From an uncultured Candidatus Saccharibacteria bacterium (GTDB taxonomy: Bacteria > Patescibacteriota > Minisyncoccia > Portnoybacterales > UBA2143), in NCBI GenBank assembly GCA_964548405.1, contig CAZJPW010000001.1, forward strand, positions 4,054 through 68,053: 64,000 bases of DNA. Reading direction: 5' to 3'. This document shows, piece after piece, positions 18,477-28,602 of this stretch (position 1 is the stretch's first letter; every line of letters begins with the position of its first letter). The notes below the pieces were generated by a model that saw only the letters and a list, made by a program, of their open reading frames with translations, did not search any database and had not been told where the DNA came from. The translations under genes were made by a program, and so were the position numbers.

Positions 18477-18497
18477 CCGGGGCTATCCCCGGTTTTT
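18477..18497 (+). terminator. Hairpin plus T5 (CCGGGG-ctat-CCCCGG-TTTTT) between rpsJ and rplC; terminator or attenuator
   Basis: Read directly from the sequence. Followed by the direct repeat CTTTAGAAAAA x2 before rplC. Confidence 0.5.
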
Positions 18498-18536
18498 CTT
18501 TAGAAAAACTGTATAACAAAAACTCTTTAGAAAAAT

Positions 18537-19283
18537 ATGAAATTTATATTAGGTAAAAAATTAGGTATGAGCCAAATATTTGGCGATCAAGACAAAGTTA
18601 TTCCAGTAACTTTAGTTGAGGCTGGTCCATGTCAGGTAACTCAAGTAAGAACTGAAGAAAAAGACGGTTACTCAGCTGTTCAAATTGGTTTTGGATTGAA
18701 GAAAGATAAGCAGACTAACAAGGCTCAGCAAGGTCATTTTAAAAAAGCAGGTGCTAAAGGAAACTTCCGCTATTCAAGAGAATTTAAAGCAGAAGGTTTT
18801 AAAATAGGTGATAAGATAGATGCTGGTATTTTTAATCCTGGTGAGATAGTCAGGGTAAGTGGTATTTCTAAAGGTAAAGGATTTCAGGGTGTGGTCAAAA
18901 GACACGGTTTTTCCGGAGCTAATGCTACTCATGGAACCAAGCATAATGAAAGGGCGCCTGGTTCGATTGGTTCCGCTTGGCCTCAAAGAGTTTTCAAGGG
19001 TAAAAGAATGGCCGGCCGCATGGGCAGTGATCGAACAACTATTAAAGGATTGGAAATAGCAGAGGTTAATAAGGATCAAAATATTTTAGCTATTAAAGGA
19101 GCTTTACCAGGTAAGATAGGAACTTTATTAGAAATAGTAGCTACTAAAGAGATTGAGTCAGTTAAGGAAGACGAAGAAAAAAAAGTAGAGGAAATTACTA
19201 AAAAGAGGAAAGACGAGGCTGAAGCCCCAATTAAAAAAGATAAAGACGAAAGCGAAGATTCAACTAAGAAAGATAAAGAATAA
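18537..19283 (+). CDS. rplC: 50S ribosomal protein L3 with a KE-rich C-terminal extension of about 40 aa
   Basis: L3 core, then the tail ...KEDEEKKVEEITKKRKDEAEAPIKKDKDESEDSTKKDKE. Confidence 0.9.
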   Translation: MKFILGKKLGMSQIFGDQDKVIPVTLVEAGPCQVTQVRTEEKDGYSAVQIGFGLKKDKQTNKAQQGHFKKAGAKGNFRYSREFKAEGFKIGDKIDAGIFNPGEIVRVSGISKGKGFQGVVKRHGFSGANATHGTKHNERAPGSIGSAWPQRVFKGKRMAGRMGSDRTTIKGLEIAEVNKDQNILAIKGALPGKIGTLLEIVATKEIESVKEDEEKKVEEITKKRKDEAEAPIKKDKDESEDSTKKDKE

Positions 19284-19927
19284 TGAAGATACCAGTATAC
19301 AATCAGAAAGGAGAGGAAGTAGTCAAGGCTGATCTACCAGCTGAGATTTTTGAAGTGGAATTAAATTCTGATTTAGTTCATCAAGTGGTAGTTGCTCAAA
19401 TGGCTAACTCCAGGAAAGTTATTGCTCATACTAAGGATAGAAGCGAGAAAAGAGGAGGCGGACGTAAACCTTGGCGTCAAAAAGGAACGGGCCGGGCCAG
19501 ACATGGATCAATTCGTTCACCGATTTGGAAGGGGGGCGGAGTTACTTTTGGACCAACTAAAGATAGGAATTTTAGCAAAAGTATTAACAAAAAAATGAAA
19601 AGAAGAGCTCTGTTAATGACTTTAACATCAAAAGTTAAAGATAAAGAGCTAGTTTTACTAGATAAGTTGGAATTAGCCGAAAGTAAGACTAAACTAATGG
19701 TTAAAATATTCAATAATTTGAAAAACAAGTTTAAGAAAGATTTAGATAAGGGTACTTTAGTTGTTTTACCTCAGACTGATTTGAAGATTAGTCGGGCTGT
19801 CAAGAATATTCCCAAAATCAAGACTATCAGAGCAGACAGCTTAAATGTTTTAGATATTTTGAACCATCGGTATTTGTTAATTCTTCAAGATTCAATTGAA
19901 GTAATTAAGAAGACTTATATAAAATAA
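19283..19927 (+). CDS. rplD: 50S ribosomal protein L4
   Basis: The L4 signature. Confidence 0.9.
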   Translation: MKIPVYNQKGEEVVKADLPAEIFEVELNSDLVHQVVVAQMANSRKVIAHTKDRSEKRGGGRKPWRQKGTGRARHGSIRSPIWKGGGVTFGPTKDRNFSKSINKKMKRRALLMTLTSKVKDKELVLLDKLELAESKTKLMVKIFNNLKNKFKKDLDKGTLVVLPQTDLKISRAVKNIPKIKTIRADSLNVLDILNHRYLLILQDSIEVIKKTYIK

Positions 19928-19928
19928 T

Positions 19929-20330
19929 ATGGCATTTTTAGATAAATTTAAGAAAAAGGAAAAAAAGCCTGAAAAAAAGGTTGAAAAAAAGAAGACGACT
20001 GAAAAGCCCAAAAAGGTAGCTGGTCAGAAGAAGAATATCGAAATCTATCAGGTTATTAAAGAACCGCATATTACGGAAAAGGCAGGTATTTTAGCCGATC
20101 AGAATAAATATGTTTTTAAAGTATATCCTAAGGCCAATAAAGTGGAAGTCAAGAAGGCAGTTGAAGCCCTTTATGGAGTTAAGGTAGAAAAAGTCCATAT
20201 CGCTCATTCAGCTCCTAAGAAAAGGCGGCTAGGTAAACACCAAGGTTGGCGTCATGGATTAAAAAAAGGATTCAAAAAGGCAATTGTCAGCTTAAAACAA
20301 GGAGAAAAGATAGAATTATTGCCAAGGTAA
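19929..20330 (+). CDS. rplW: 50S ribosomal protein L23 with a lysine-rich N-terminal extension
   Basis: L23 core after a KK-rich leader of about 35 aa. Confidence 0.85.
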   Translation: MAFLDKFKKKEKKPEKKVEKKKTTEKPKKVAGQKKNIEIYQVIKEPHITEKAGILADQNKYVFKVYPKANKVEVKKAVEALYGVKVEKVHIAHSAPKKRRLGKHQGWRHGLKKGFKKAIVSLKQGEKIELLPR

Positions 20331-20334
20331 AAAT

Positions 20335-21174
20335 ATGAAGAGATATAAGCCAGTTACACCAGGAAGAAGAGGAATGACCTCGGTAGATTATTCCTCAATA
20401 ACAGAGAAGAAACCAGCTAAGAAGCTGACTAAAAAGCTGCTTCAAAAAGCGGGGCGTGGTTTTCGCGGCCGGATTACAGTTAGGCATAAGGGTGGCGGTC
20501 ATAAAAGAAAATATCGAATTATCGATTTTAAGAGACATGACAAGATGGACATTCCAGCTAAAGTAGCTTCGATTGAATACGATCCTAATAGGACTTGCTT
20601 TATTGCTTTACTTAACTATACTGATGGGGAGAAAAGATATGTCTTAGCGGCTGATGGTTTAAAAGTTGGCCAGGAAATTATTTGCAAAGAAAAAGCTCCT
20701 TTGAAGATTGGAAATCGAATGGAATTGAAGAATATTTTAATTGGTACTCAAGTATACAATATTGAGCTTCAGCCTAAGAAAGGTGGCCAAATGATTCGTT
20801 CAGCTGGAAGTTGGGCTCAAGTTATGGCCCATGAAGGCGGACATACCCATTTAAAGCTTGCTTCTAGTGAAGTAAGAATGGTCCAAGATAATTGTTTAGC
20901 TAGTATCGGACAATTAAGCAATACAGAGCATAATACAGTAGTAATCGGTAAAGCGGGAAGAAGCCGCTGGATGGGTAAGCGTCCGACAGTCAGGGGTTCA
21001 GCTATGAATGCTTGTGATCATCCGCACGGCGGAGGAGAAAACAGGCAGTCAATCGGTTTAAGAAGAGGTCCAAAAACACCATGGGGTAAGTTAGCTTACG
21101 GAGTTAAAACCAGGAAGAAAAAAGCAAGTAATAGGCTAATTTTAAAACGAAGAATTAAAAAGAAAAGGAAGTAA
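20335..21174 (+). CDS. rplB: 50S ribosomal protein L2
   Basis: The L2 signature. Confidence 0.95.
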   Translation: MKRYKPVTPGRRGMTSVDYSSITEKKPAKKLTKKLLQKAGRGFRGRITVRHKGGGHKRKYRIIDFKRHDKMDIPAKVASIEYDPNRTCFIALLNYTDGEKRYVLAADGLKVGQEIICKEKAPLKIGNRMELKNILIGTQVYNIELQPKKGGQMIRSAGSWAQVMAHEGGHTHLKLASSEVRMVQDNCLASIGQLSNTEHNTVVIGKAGRSRWMGKRPTVRGSAMNACDHPHGGGENRQSIGLRRGPKTPWGKLAYGVKTRKKKASNRLILKRRIKKKRK

Positions 21175-21176
21175 TT

Positions 21177-21470
21177 ATGAGTAGAAGTTTAAAAAAAGGT
21201 CCATATGTAGATGCTAAGTTACTGAAAAAGGTAGGGCAGTTAAAGGCGGGCGATAAGACAGTAATTAAGACTTGGGCTCGGGCCAGTAGTATTTCTCCAG
21301 AGATGGTTGGCTTTACTTTTGGCATCCATAATGGCAAAGAACATATTCCAGTCTATATTACTGAGGATATGGTTGGTCATAAGTTGGGTGAATTTGCTTC
21401 AACCAGAAAATTCATTAGGCACGGCGGTAAAATGCAGAAAGAACAAGAGGCAGCTGCCAGGCAGAAATAA
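21177..21470 (+). CDS. rpsS: 30S ribosomal protein S19
   Basis: The S19 signature. Confidence 0.9.
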   Translation: MSRSLKKGPYVDAKLLKKVGQLKAGDKTVIKTWARASSISPEMVGFTFGIHNGKEHIPVYITEDMVGHKLGEFASTRKFIRHGGKMQKEQEAAARQK

Positions 21471-21481
21471 GATATATTATC

Positions 21482-22054
21482 ATGATAACAGCTAAGTTAA
21501 GACATTTAAGAATATCTCCTCGTAAAGTTAGATTAGCAGTCGACCTAATCAGGGGTTTGGACGTGACCGAAGCGGAAAACCAGTTGAAATTTTTACCTAA
21601 AAGAGCAGCTCAACCAGTTTTAAAGCTTTTAAAATCAGCGATAGCTAATGCTTTGAATGATTTTGAAGCTGTTAAGGAAAATCTTTTTGTGGCTAAGATT
21701 ACGGTTGATCCAGGGCCAACTTTAAAGAGATGGATGCCTAGGGCTATGGGTCGAGCTACACCAAAACTTAAAAGGACTAGTCATGTAACGATAGTTTTGG
21801 AATTCAAAGATGGCAAGGTTCCAGTTAAGAAAAAGATTGAAAAGAAAGCAAAAGAGGTAGTTGAGAAGCCTAAGAAAGACACTAGTCTATTAGAGGAGAT
21901 AAGTGAGCCAGTAAAAGAAGATAAGTCAGATCTTGAGCCGAAAAAGATCGCTCCAGAAAAGCCCTATCAAACAACTTCCAAGTCAAAAAAGAAGTTTTTC
22001 AGTCGTCAAACCTTAGGTAACGTTAAAAAGACTTTTAGAAGGAAAAGTATTTAA
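21482..22054 (+). CDS. rplV: 50S ribosomal protein L22 with a KE-rich C-terminal extension of about 80 aa
   Basis: L22 core followed by a long low-complexity tail. Confidence 0.85.
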   Translation: MITAKLRHLRISPRKVRLAVDLIRGLDVTEAENQLKFLPKRAAQPVLKLLKSAIANALNDFEAVKENLFVAKITVDPGPTLKRWMPRAMGRATPKLKRTSHVTIVLEFKDGKVPVKKKIEKKAKEVVEKPKKDTSLLEEISEPVKEDKSDLEPKKIAPEKPYQTTSKSKKKFFSRQTLGNVKKTFRRKSI

Positions 22055-22058
22055 AAAT

Positions 22059-22727
22059 ATGGGAAGAAAAGTACATCCATTCATTTTTCGAATAGGCACA
22101 GTTAATAAGTGGAAATCACGCTGGTTTAATCGAAAGAAATATAAGGAGCTATTAGAGCAAGATGTCCAATTGCGTGATTTTATCATGAAAAAATTAAGCA
22201 AGGCTAGCGTTAATTCCGTAGAAATAGAGCGTTCGACCAACTTAGTAAATATTATTGTTGAAACAGCCCGTCCTGGACTGGTAATCGGTCGGGGAGGAAG
22301 TGGTATTGAAGAATTAAAGCAGGAATTAAAGAAAATTATCCGTAAGGGCGATCCGGAATTAGCTAAGACTGAGGTACGTTTGGAAATAGAGGAAATCAGA
22401 CAGCCTAACAGCTATGCTGCTATTGTAGGCCAAGATATAGCTAGTCAGATTGAGAGAAGGATGCCTTATCGAAGGGTGATCAAGCAAACTTTAGACAAGG
22501 TTATGCAGAGTAATGATGTCCAAGGAGTTAAGATTATGGTTAAAGGAAGATTAAACGGAGCTGAGATTGCTAGGAAAGAATGGTTGAAAAAAGGAAGAAT
22601 TTCCCTTCAGACTTTAAGGGCTAATATTGATTATGCTTCAGTTACTGCTTACACCACTTATGGAACAATCGGTGTAAAAGTTTGGATTAGCAAGGGAGAG
22701 GTTTTTAATAAAGATAAGAAGGAATAA
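22059..22727 (+). CDS. rpsC: 30S ribosomal protein S3
   Basis: The S3 signature. Confidence 0.9.
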   Translation: MGRKVHPFIFRIGTVNKWKSRWFNRKKYKELLEQDVQLRDFIMKKLSKASVNSVEIERSTNLVNIIVETARPGLVIGRGGSGIEELKQELKKIIRKGDPELAKTEVRLEIEEIRQPNSYAAIVGQDIASQIERRMPYRRVIKQTLDKVMQSNDVQGVKIMVKGRLNGAEIARKEWLKKGRISLQTLRANIDYASVTAYTTYGTIGVKVWISKGEVFNKDKKE

Positions 22728-22728
22728 G

Positions 22729-23142
22729 ATGTTAACACCAAAGAAAGTAAAACATAGAAAATGGCAAAAAGGCAGAAGAAGAGGCAAGGGTAAGGCAACT
22801 CGAGGCAACGAGATATCTTTTGGTTCCTACGCTTTAAAAGCTATGGAAGAATGTTGGTTGACTTCGCGTCAAATTGAAGCGGCCCGAAGAGCAATGACTC
22901 GGCATATTCAAAGAGGTGGTAAAATATGGATTAGGGTTTTTCCTGATAAGCCGATAACCAGAAAAGGTATTGAAGTGCCTATGGGCGGAGGCAAGGGAAG
23001 CGTTGATCATTATGTTATGCCTATAAAACCAGGCCGAGTCATATTTGAAATGGATGGTGTAGATGAAACTTTAGCTAAAGAAGCAATGACCAAAGCCGGT
23101 CACAAATTACCAGTTAAAACTAAATTTATTACTCGTAACTAA
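22729..23142 (+). CDS. rplP: 50S ribosomal protein L16
   Basis: The L16 signature. Confidence 0.9.
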   Translation: MLTPKKVKHRKWQKGRRRGKGKATRGNEISFGSYALKAMEECWLTSRQIEAARRAMTRHIQRGGKIWIRVFPDKPITRKGIEVPMGGGKGSVDHYVMPIKPGRVIFEMDGVDETLAKEAMTKAGHKLPVKTKFITRN

Positions 23143-23143
23143 T

Positions 23144-23359
23144 ATGAAAATCAAAGAATTACGACAAAAAACAGCCAAAGAATTAGCAGATTTATTGAAT
23201 CAAGATCGCCAGAAATTGGGACGGCTTAAGTTTGATTTAGCTTCTAAAAAACTAAAGGATGTTAATGAGCTTAAAGAATTACGCAAGGATATTGCTAGGA
23301 TTTTAACTATCTTAAATACTGCATTAAATAATAAAAATGATCTTAAAAAAGAAAACTAA
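23144..23359 (+). CDS. rpmC: 50S ribosomal protein L29
   Basis: The L29 signature. Confidence 0.85.
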   Translation: MKIKELRQKTAKELADLLNQDRQKLGRLKFDLASKKLKDVNELKELRKDIARILTILNTALNNKNDLKKEN

Positions 23360-23603
23360 ACAATCTAAAAATAAAGGACGCTTTCTTAAGGGTCTCGTAG
23401 TTAGTGATAAGATGGATAAAACCATTGTTATTTCAGTTGATAGATATAAGGAACATCCTAAATACAAAAAGAGATATAAGATTAGTAAGAAATATAAGGC
23501 TCATGATCAAAAAAATGAATACAAAACAGGTGATAAAGTAATTATTCATGAAAGTAAGCCTTTAAGTAAAGATAAAAAATGGAAAGTTGTTAAAAAAATA
23601 TGA
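23337..23603 (+). CDS. rpsQ: 30S ribosomal protein S17 (the 5' end overlaps L29; the exact start is uncertain)
   Basis: The S17 signature, including [16 protein letters not shown]. Confidence 0.85.
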   Translation: MILKKKTKQSKNKGRFLKGLVVSDKMDKTIVISVDRYKEHPKYKKRYKISKKYKAHDQKNEYKTGDKVIIHESKPLSKDKKWKVVKKI

Positions 23604-23965
23604 TTCAGCCAGGATCAAAATTAAAGATAGCTGACAATACTGGAGCAAAAATTATCCAGTGTTTTAAGGTTTTGGGCGGTAGCCGCAGGCGTTATGCCCA
23701 GATTGGTGATGTAATTGTTGCTTCGGTTAAAAGCGCGGAACCGCGCAAACTGGTTAAGAAAAAAGATGTTATTCGAGCAGTGATTGTTAGACAAAAAAGG
23801 GCTTTCAGGCGTAAAGATGGATCATATATTCGTTTTGATGAAAATGCGGCTGTGATTGTTGATGGGTATAATCCAAGAGGCGGACGTATTTTTGGTCCAG
23901 TACCCAGAGAATTAAAAGAAAAGGGTTTTGACAAGATAGTCTCATTAGCCCCTGAAGTATTATGA
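23600..23965 (+). CDS. rplN: 50S ribosomal protein L14
   Basis: The L14 signature. Confidence 0.9.
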   Translation: MIQPGSKLKIADNTGAKIIQCFKVLGGSRRRYAQIGDVIVASVKSAEPRKLVKKKDVIRAVIVRQKRAFRRKDGSYIRFDENAAVIVDGYNPRGGRIFGPVPRELKEKGFDKIVSLAPEVL

Positions 23966-24267
23966 AGATTAAAAAGAACGATACAGTATTAATAATCAGC
24001 GGGAAAGACAAAGGCAAGAAGGCTAAAGTCTTGGAATCTTTTCCCAAAAACAACAAAGTTATAGTTGAGGGAGTTAATATTGTCAAAAAACACCGTCGGG
24101 CCAGAAGCGAAAAGGAAAAGGGACAAGTAATTGAATTACCTAAGCCAATCAGTGTTTCTAATCTTAAGCTGATTTGTCCCAAGTGCAGTAAGGCAGTTAG
24201 AGTGGGCTATCGTTTAACTGAAAAAGACAAATATCGCATCTGTAAAAAATGTGAGCAAGAGATATAA
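23962..24267 (+). CDS. rplX: 50S ribosomal protein L24 carrying a C-terminal CxxC...CxxC zinc-ribbon
   Basis: KOW core, then [31 protein letters not shown]. Confidence 0.85.
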   Translation: MKIKKNDTVLIISGKDKGKKAKVLESFPKNNKVIVEGVNIVKKHRRARSEKEKGQVIELPKPISVSNLKLICPKCSKAVRVGYRLTEKDKYRICKKCEQEI

Positions 24268-24268
24268 T

Positions 24269-24829
24269 ATGAAATTATTAAAAGAAAAATATATAAAGGA
24301 AGTTTTACCTGCTTTGAAGGAAAAGTTTGGATATAAGAGTGATTTGGCTGTGCCTAAGATTATTAAAGTTGTAGTCAATGTCGGTTTTAATCCAGTAACG
24401 GGTGGAGAAAAGATTCAGGAAGATTTAACTAAAGATTTAGTTGTCATTACTGGTCAAAAGCCAAAACCTTGTCAGGTTAAGAAACCAGAGGCCGGTTTTA
24501 AAACAAGAAAGGGTATGATTAATGGACTTAAAGTTACTCTAAGAGGACCACGGATGTACGATTTTTTAAATAGATTGATTCATTTATCCTTGCCTCGGGG
24601 CCGCGACTTTCGCGGTTTACCAGAATCAAACATTGATCAGTCAGGAAACTTGAATATTGGGATAAAAGAGCATATAATCTTTTCAGAGATTTCAACTGAG
24701 CATGTCAGAAAGATATTTGGATTCCAGGTTACGGTAGTAACGACTAGTAGTAGTCAAAAGCAAGGCAAAGAGCTATTTAAGCTGTTAGGATTCCCTATTA
24801 AATTTAAGGAACATAAAAATCATGGCTAA
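24269..24829 (+). CDS. rplE: 50S ribosomal protein L5 (the track ORF begins at a GTG at 24251; the probable true start is the ATG at 24269)
   Basis: The L5 signature. Confidence 0.9.
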   Translation: MKLLKEKYIKEVLPALKEKFGYKSDLAVPKIIKVVVNVGFNPVTGGEKIQEDLTKDLVVITGQKPKPCQVKKPEAGFKTRKGMINGLKVTLRGPRMYDFLNRLIHLSLPRGRDFRGLPESNIDQSGNLNIGIKEHIIFSEISTEHVRKIFGFQVTVVTTSSSQKQGKELFKLLGFPIKFKEHKNHG

Positions 24830-25007
24830 GAAATCAGTTATTGCCAGATCAAAAAAACAGCCTAAGTTTTCAAGTCGGATAATTCGGCGCTGTTTTCGCT
24901 GTGGTCGTAAGAGAGCCTATTTAAGAAAATTTAACCTGTGTCGAATTTGCTTTAGAGAATTGGCTAATAAGGGTGAGATCCCTGGAATTAAAAAATCATC
25001 ATGGTAA
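24822..25007 (+). CDS. rpsZ: 30S ribosomal protein S14 type Z (zinc-binding)
   Basis: A 61-aa protein with [23 protein letters not shown] (CxxC...CxxC). Confidence 0.9.
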   Translation: MAKKSVIARSKKQPKFSSRIIRRCFRCGRKRAYLRKFNLCRICFRELANKGEIPGIKKSSW

Positions 25008-25393
25008 ACGATCCAATTTCAGATATGTTAACTAGAATAAGGAATGCTCAAGCCGTTGATCATCAAACGGTGGCTATTCCTTTTTCCAAACTTAAAATGA
25101 ACCTGGCTGAAATCTTGGAAAAAGAAGGATTAGTAGAAAAAGCAGCCACTCAAGGTAGAAAAACCAAAAAAGTTATTGAAATTAAATTAAAGTATTCCAA
25201 AGGCGAACCCTTTATTAACAATATTAGGAGAGTCAGTAAACCAGGTCGACGCATCTACATTAAAAGTAGTCAAATAAGACCAATTAGGCAAGGTTTTGGC
25301 CTGGCTGTTATTTCAACTTCCCAAGGTCTAATGACTAATAAAGAAGCTAGAAAAAAAGATTTAGGCGGGGAAGTGCTTTGTGAAATCTATTAA
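25001..25393 (+). CDS. rpsH: 30S ribosomal protein S8
   Basis: The S8 signature. Confidence 0.9.
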   Translation: MVNDPISDMLTRIRNAQAVDHQTVAIPFSKLKMNLAEILEKEGLVEKAATQGRKTKKVIEIKLKYSKGEPFINNIRRVSKPGRRIYIKSSQIRPIRQGFGLAVISTSQGLMTNKEARKKDLGGEVLCEIY

Positions 25394-25397
25394 TACT

Positions 25398-25958
25398 ATG
25401 TCAAGAATAGGTAAACAACCAATTAATATTCCAGATGGGGTTGAAGTAAAGATTAAAGACAGCCTGATTAAAATCAAAGGCCCTAAAGGAGAATTAACCC
25501 AGGAAATTTTACCCGGAATCAAGGTAGAAGTTAAAGATTCTGATACCGAAGGTATCAGAAAAATAATAGTTAGTCTTGAGAAAAAGACAAAAGATTCCGC
25601 AGCTTTTTGGGGTTTGTTAAGGACTTTGATTTCTAATATGATCGAAGGAGTCATTGAAGGATATCAAAAGCAGCTGGAAGTTGAAGGAGTTGGTTATCGA
25701 GTAGTCTTAGAAGGGAATAAGCTGGTCTTGAGTCTTGGTTTTTCTCATTCGGTAGAGGTAACAGCGCCTCAAGGAATCGAGTTCAAGGTTGAAAAGAATT
25801 TAATTACAGTTTCTGGGATTGACAAACAGTTAGTTGGTCAGGTGGCAGCTAATATTAGAGCTAAGAAAAAGCCAGAGCCTTATAAAGGCAAAGGCATCCA
25901 TTATTTAGGAGAAGTAATTAGAAGAAAAGCCGGCAAAAAAGCGGCTGGAACTGAATAA
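25398..25958 (+). CDS. rplF: 50S ribosomal protein L6 (probable start MSRIGKQP at 25398; the track ORF starts at 25380)
   Basis: The L6 signature. Confidence 0.9.
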   Translation: MSRIGKQPINIPDGVEVKIKDSLIKIKGPKGELTQEILPGIKVEVKDSDTEGIRKIIVSLEKKTKDSAAFWGLLRTLISNMIEGVIEGYQKQLEVEGVGYRVVLEGNKLVLSLGFSHSVEVTAPQGIEFKVEKNLITVSGIDKQLVGQVAANIRAKKKPEPYKGKGIHYLGEVIRRKAGKKAAGTE

Positions 25959-25963
25959 AAATC

Positions 25964-26308
25964 ATGTTAGAGAAACAGCAACAAAAACATAGGCGTCATC
26001 GTCGGATAAGAGCTAAGGTAATCGGAACAAAAGAGCGTCCGCGGCTTTCTGTTTTTCGAAGCAATCAACATACATATGTTCAATTAATTGATGATCAAGA
26101 AAGCAAAACCTTGGTCAGTGTCAATGATTTAAAGATAAAGGGCAAGGGAAGCAAGATAGAAATATCTAAGCAAATTGGTAAATTGGTTGCTGAGAAAGCA
26201 TTAGCCAAGAAAATTAAAGAGGTTGTTTTCGACCGAGGTGGATATAAGTATCATGGCCGAATAAAAGCCATAGCCGAAGCAGCCCGTCAAGGAGGATTAA
26301 AATTTTAA
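25964..26308 (+). CDS. rplR: 50S ribosomal protein L18
   Basis: The L18 signature. Confidence 0.9.
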   Translation: MLEKQQQKHRRHRRIRAKVIGTKERPRLSVFRSNQHTYVQLIDDQESKTLVSVNDLKIKGKGSKIEISKQIGKLVAEKALAKKIKEVVFDRGGYKYHGRIKAIAEAARQGGLKF

Positions 26309-26309
26309 T

Positions 26310-26792
26310 ATGTTTAATAAAAACCAAAGACAAAATAATAGGAAAAGACCGGAGCAAGATAGGGAATATGATCAAAAATTACTTGATGTTGCTAGGGTAG
26401 TTCGAGTTGTGGCTGGCGGTCGCCGATTTAGGTTTAGAGTAACAGTAGTCATTGGCAATAAAAAGGGCAAAGTCGGCGTTGGTGTGGCCAAGGGTCAAGA
26501 TGTTAGTTTGGCGGTTGAAAAAGCGGTAGGCGATGCTAAAAAACATTTGATTAATGTTAAGATAGTTGACGGAACCATTCCTCATGAGACCCAAGCTAAG
26601 TTCAGTACAGCCAAAGTTCTACTAAAGCCAGGTGTTAAAGGAAGAGGTATTGTGGCTGGTGGAGCAGTTCGGGTAGTTTGTGATTTGGCTGGTATTGAAA
26701 ACCTTTCCGGAAAGATTTTGGGCAAGACTAAGAATAAGTTGAATAATGCACGCGCTACGATAAAAGCGTTAGAGCAGTTAAAGAGAGGATAA
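26310..26792 (+). CDS. rpsE: 30S ribosomal protein S5
   Basis: The S5 signature. Confidence 0.9.
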   Translation: MFNKNQRQNNRKRPEQDREYDQKLLDVARVVRVVAGGRRFRFRVTVVIGNKKGKVGVGVAKGQDVSLAVEKAVGDAKKHLINVKIVDGTIPHETQAKFSTAKVLLKPGVKGRGIVAGGAVRVVCDLAGIENLSGKILGKTKNKLNNARATIKALEQLKRG

Positions 26793-26807
26793 AACTTACT
26801 TTCTATT

Positions 26808-27311
26808 ATGCAGTTACATCAATTAAAACCAAATTTAAAGAAGAAATCTCGTAAACGGGTTGGTCGAGGTGGAAAAAAGGGAACCTATTCTGGTAAAGGA
26901 ATGAAAGGACAGAAATCTCGGGCTGGTAAAAAGCCACGGGTTGATTTTGCTGGTGGTGATACGCCTATGTCTAAGCGGATTCCTAAACAAAGAGGTCAAT
27001 CAGGTAAGTTGAAGAAGATAAGAAGAGGAGTAAAAACAGCTAGATTTATGGCTAAGCCAATAACCTTAGATTTGAAAAATATTGAAAAGAAGTTTAAAAA
27101 AGGAGAGATAGTTTCTCCTAAAAGCTTGTTTAACAAAGGTTTAGTTAGTAAAATAAGGAGGAGTATTCCCAGTGTTAAAATATTGGGCCAATCAAAAAAG
27201 AATTTAGAGTTTAAAGGAGTTAGCTTAACTAAGAAACTACAAGAAAAAGTTAAGCCCAAGAAACAGAGTAAAGTTGCTAAAACTAAAGTTAAATCTAAAA
27301 AAGTTAAGTAA
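26808..27311 (+). CDS. rplO: 50S ribosomal protein L15 (directly follows S5; there is no L30 gene between them)
   Basis: L15 signature GRGGKKGTYSGKGMKGQKSRAG. Confidence 0.9.
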   Translation: MQLHQLKPNLKKKSRKRVGRGGKKGTYSGKGMKGQKSRAGKKPRVDFAGGDTPMSKRIPKQRGQSGKLKKIRRGVKTARFMAKPITLDLKNIEKKFKKGEIVSPKSLFNKGLVSKIRRSIPSVKILGQSKKNLEFKGVSLTKKLQEKVKPKKQSKVAKTKVKSKKVK

Positions 27312-27317
27312 TAGTTT

Positions 27318-28601
27318 ATGAAGTGGTTAGAAAAAGTTATCCAAGTTTTTAAAATAAAGGATTTACGCAAAAAGATACTTTTTGTTTTGATGATTTTGGT
27401 AATTTTTCGAATTGCTGCTAATGTTCCTGTGCCTGGGATTGACGCTGAACGCTTGCGTCAATTTTTTGGCGATAACCAATTATTTGGTCTTTTGAATATC
27501 TTTACTGGTGGAGCCATGAGTAATATGTCGATAATTATGCTTGGCTTGGGTCCATACATTACTGGAACCATTATTATGCAGCTTTTAACTATGATTTTTC
27601 CTCAATTGGAAGCCATGTATAAGGAAGAAGGAGAAAAAGGAAAGCAGAAATTTAATCAGTATGGTCGAATGCTGACAGTTCCTTTGGCTATTATGCAATC
27701 TTATGCCATGTTAAATCTTTTAAGCCGTCAGGGAGTCCTTGATCCATTGTCAGGATTCCAGTTATTTGTTTCTATTTCAGTAATTACAGCTGGTTCTCTA
27801 TTTTTGATGTGGTTAGGCGAATTGATTTCTGAAAAAGGAATTGGCAATGGTGTTTCTTTGTTAATTTTTGCCGGAATCGTTTCTCGGGTACCTCTTTCTA
27901 TTAGAGAATTAGTGGTTACATATACTCCAGCTAAGATACCGTCATACCTAGCTTTTATCGCTTTGGCTTTGGTTATTACAGCTAGTGTAGTAGTGATTAC
28001 AGAAGGCCGGAGAAATATTCCAGTTTCTTATGCTAAGCGGGTGCGCGGTAACCGGGTCTACGGAGGCGTTTCAACCTATTTGCCGCTTAATGTTAATCCA
28101 GCTGGTGTAATCCCGATTATTTTTGCCTTATCGATTATGCTTTTTCCAGGTATGGTAGCCAGCTTTTTGGGCGGTTCTAGTACTGGGTGGATAGCTAGTA
28201 TAGCTCAAGGCGTCGGCCGGTTATTTGGGAATGCTTGGTTTTACGGTGCGGCATATTTTTTGTTAGTTGTTCTCTTTACATATTTTTATACGGCTGTTAC
28301 TTTTGATCCTAAGAATGTGGCTAGTAATTTACAGAAGAGCGGCGGTTTTATTCCTGGAATCAGGCCTGGTACTCCAACTTCTGACTTTTTATACTTTATT
28401 CTTAATCGTGTTTTACTGTTTGGGGCTATCTTTTTAGGTACCATTGCGGTTTTGCCTTCAGTTGTTCAGGGGGCAACCGGAATTACTGCTTTTGGATTTG
28501 CCATTGGGGGTACGGCTCTCTTAATTGTTGTTTCTGTAGTTTTAGAAACTATGCGACAAATTAACTCTCAATTAACTATGAGGGATTACGAAGGGTTCTA
28601 A
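27318..28601 (+). CDS. secY: Preprotein translocase subunit SecY
   Basis: 10-TM SecY signature; position after rplO. Confidence 0.95.
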   Translation: MKWLEKVIQVFKIKDLRKKILFVLMILVIFRIAANVPVPGIDAERLRQFFGDNQLFGLLNIFTGGAMSNMSIIMLGLGPYITGTIIMQLLTMIFPQLEAMYKEEGEKGKQKFNQYGRMLTVPLAIMQSYAMLNLLSRQGVLDPLSGFQLFVSISVITAGSLFLMWLGELISEKGIGNGVSLLIFAGIVSRVPLSIRELVVTYTPAKIPSYLAFIALALVITASVVVITEGRRNIPVSYAKRVRGNRVYGGVSTYLPLNVNPAGVIPIIFALSIMLFPGMVASFLGGSSTGWIASIAQGVGRLFGNAWFYGAAYFLLVVLFTYFYTAVTFDPKNVASNLQKSGGFIPGIRPGTPTSDFLYFILNRVLLFGAIFLGTIAVLPSVVQGATGITAFGFAIGGTALLIVVSVVLETMRQINSQLTMRDYEGF

Positions 28602-28602
28602 T

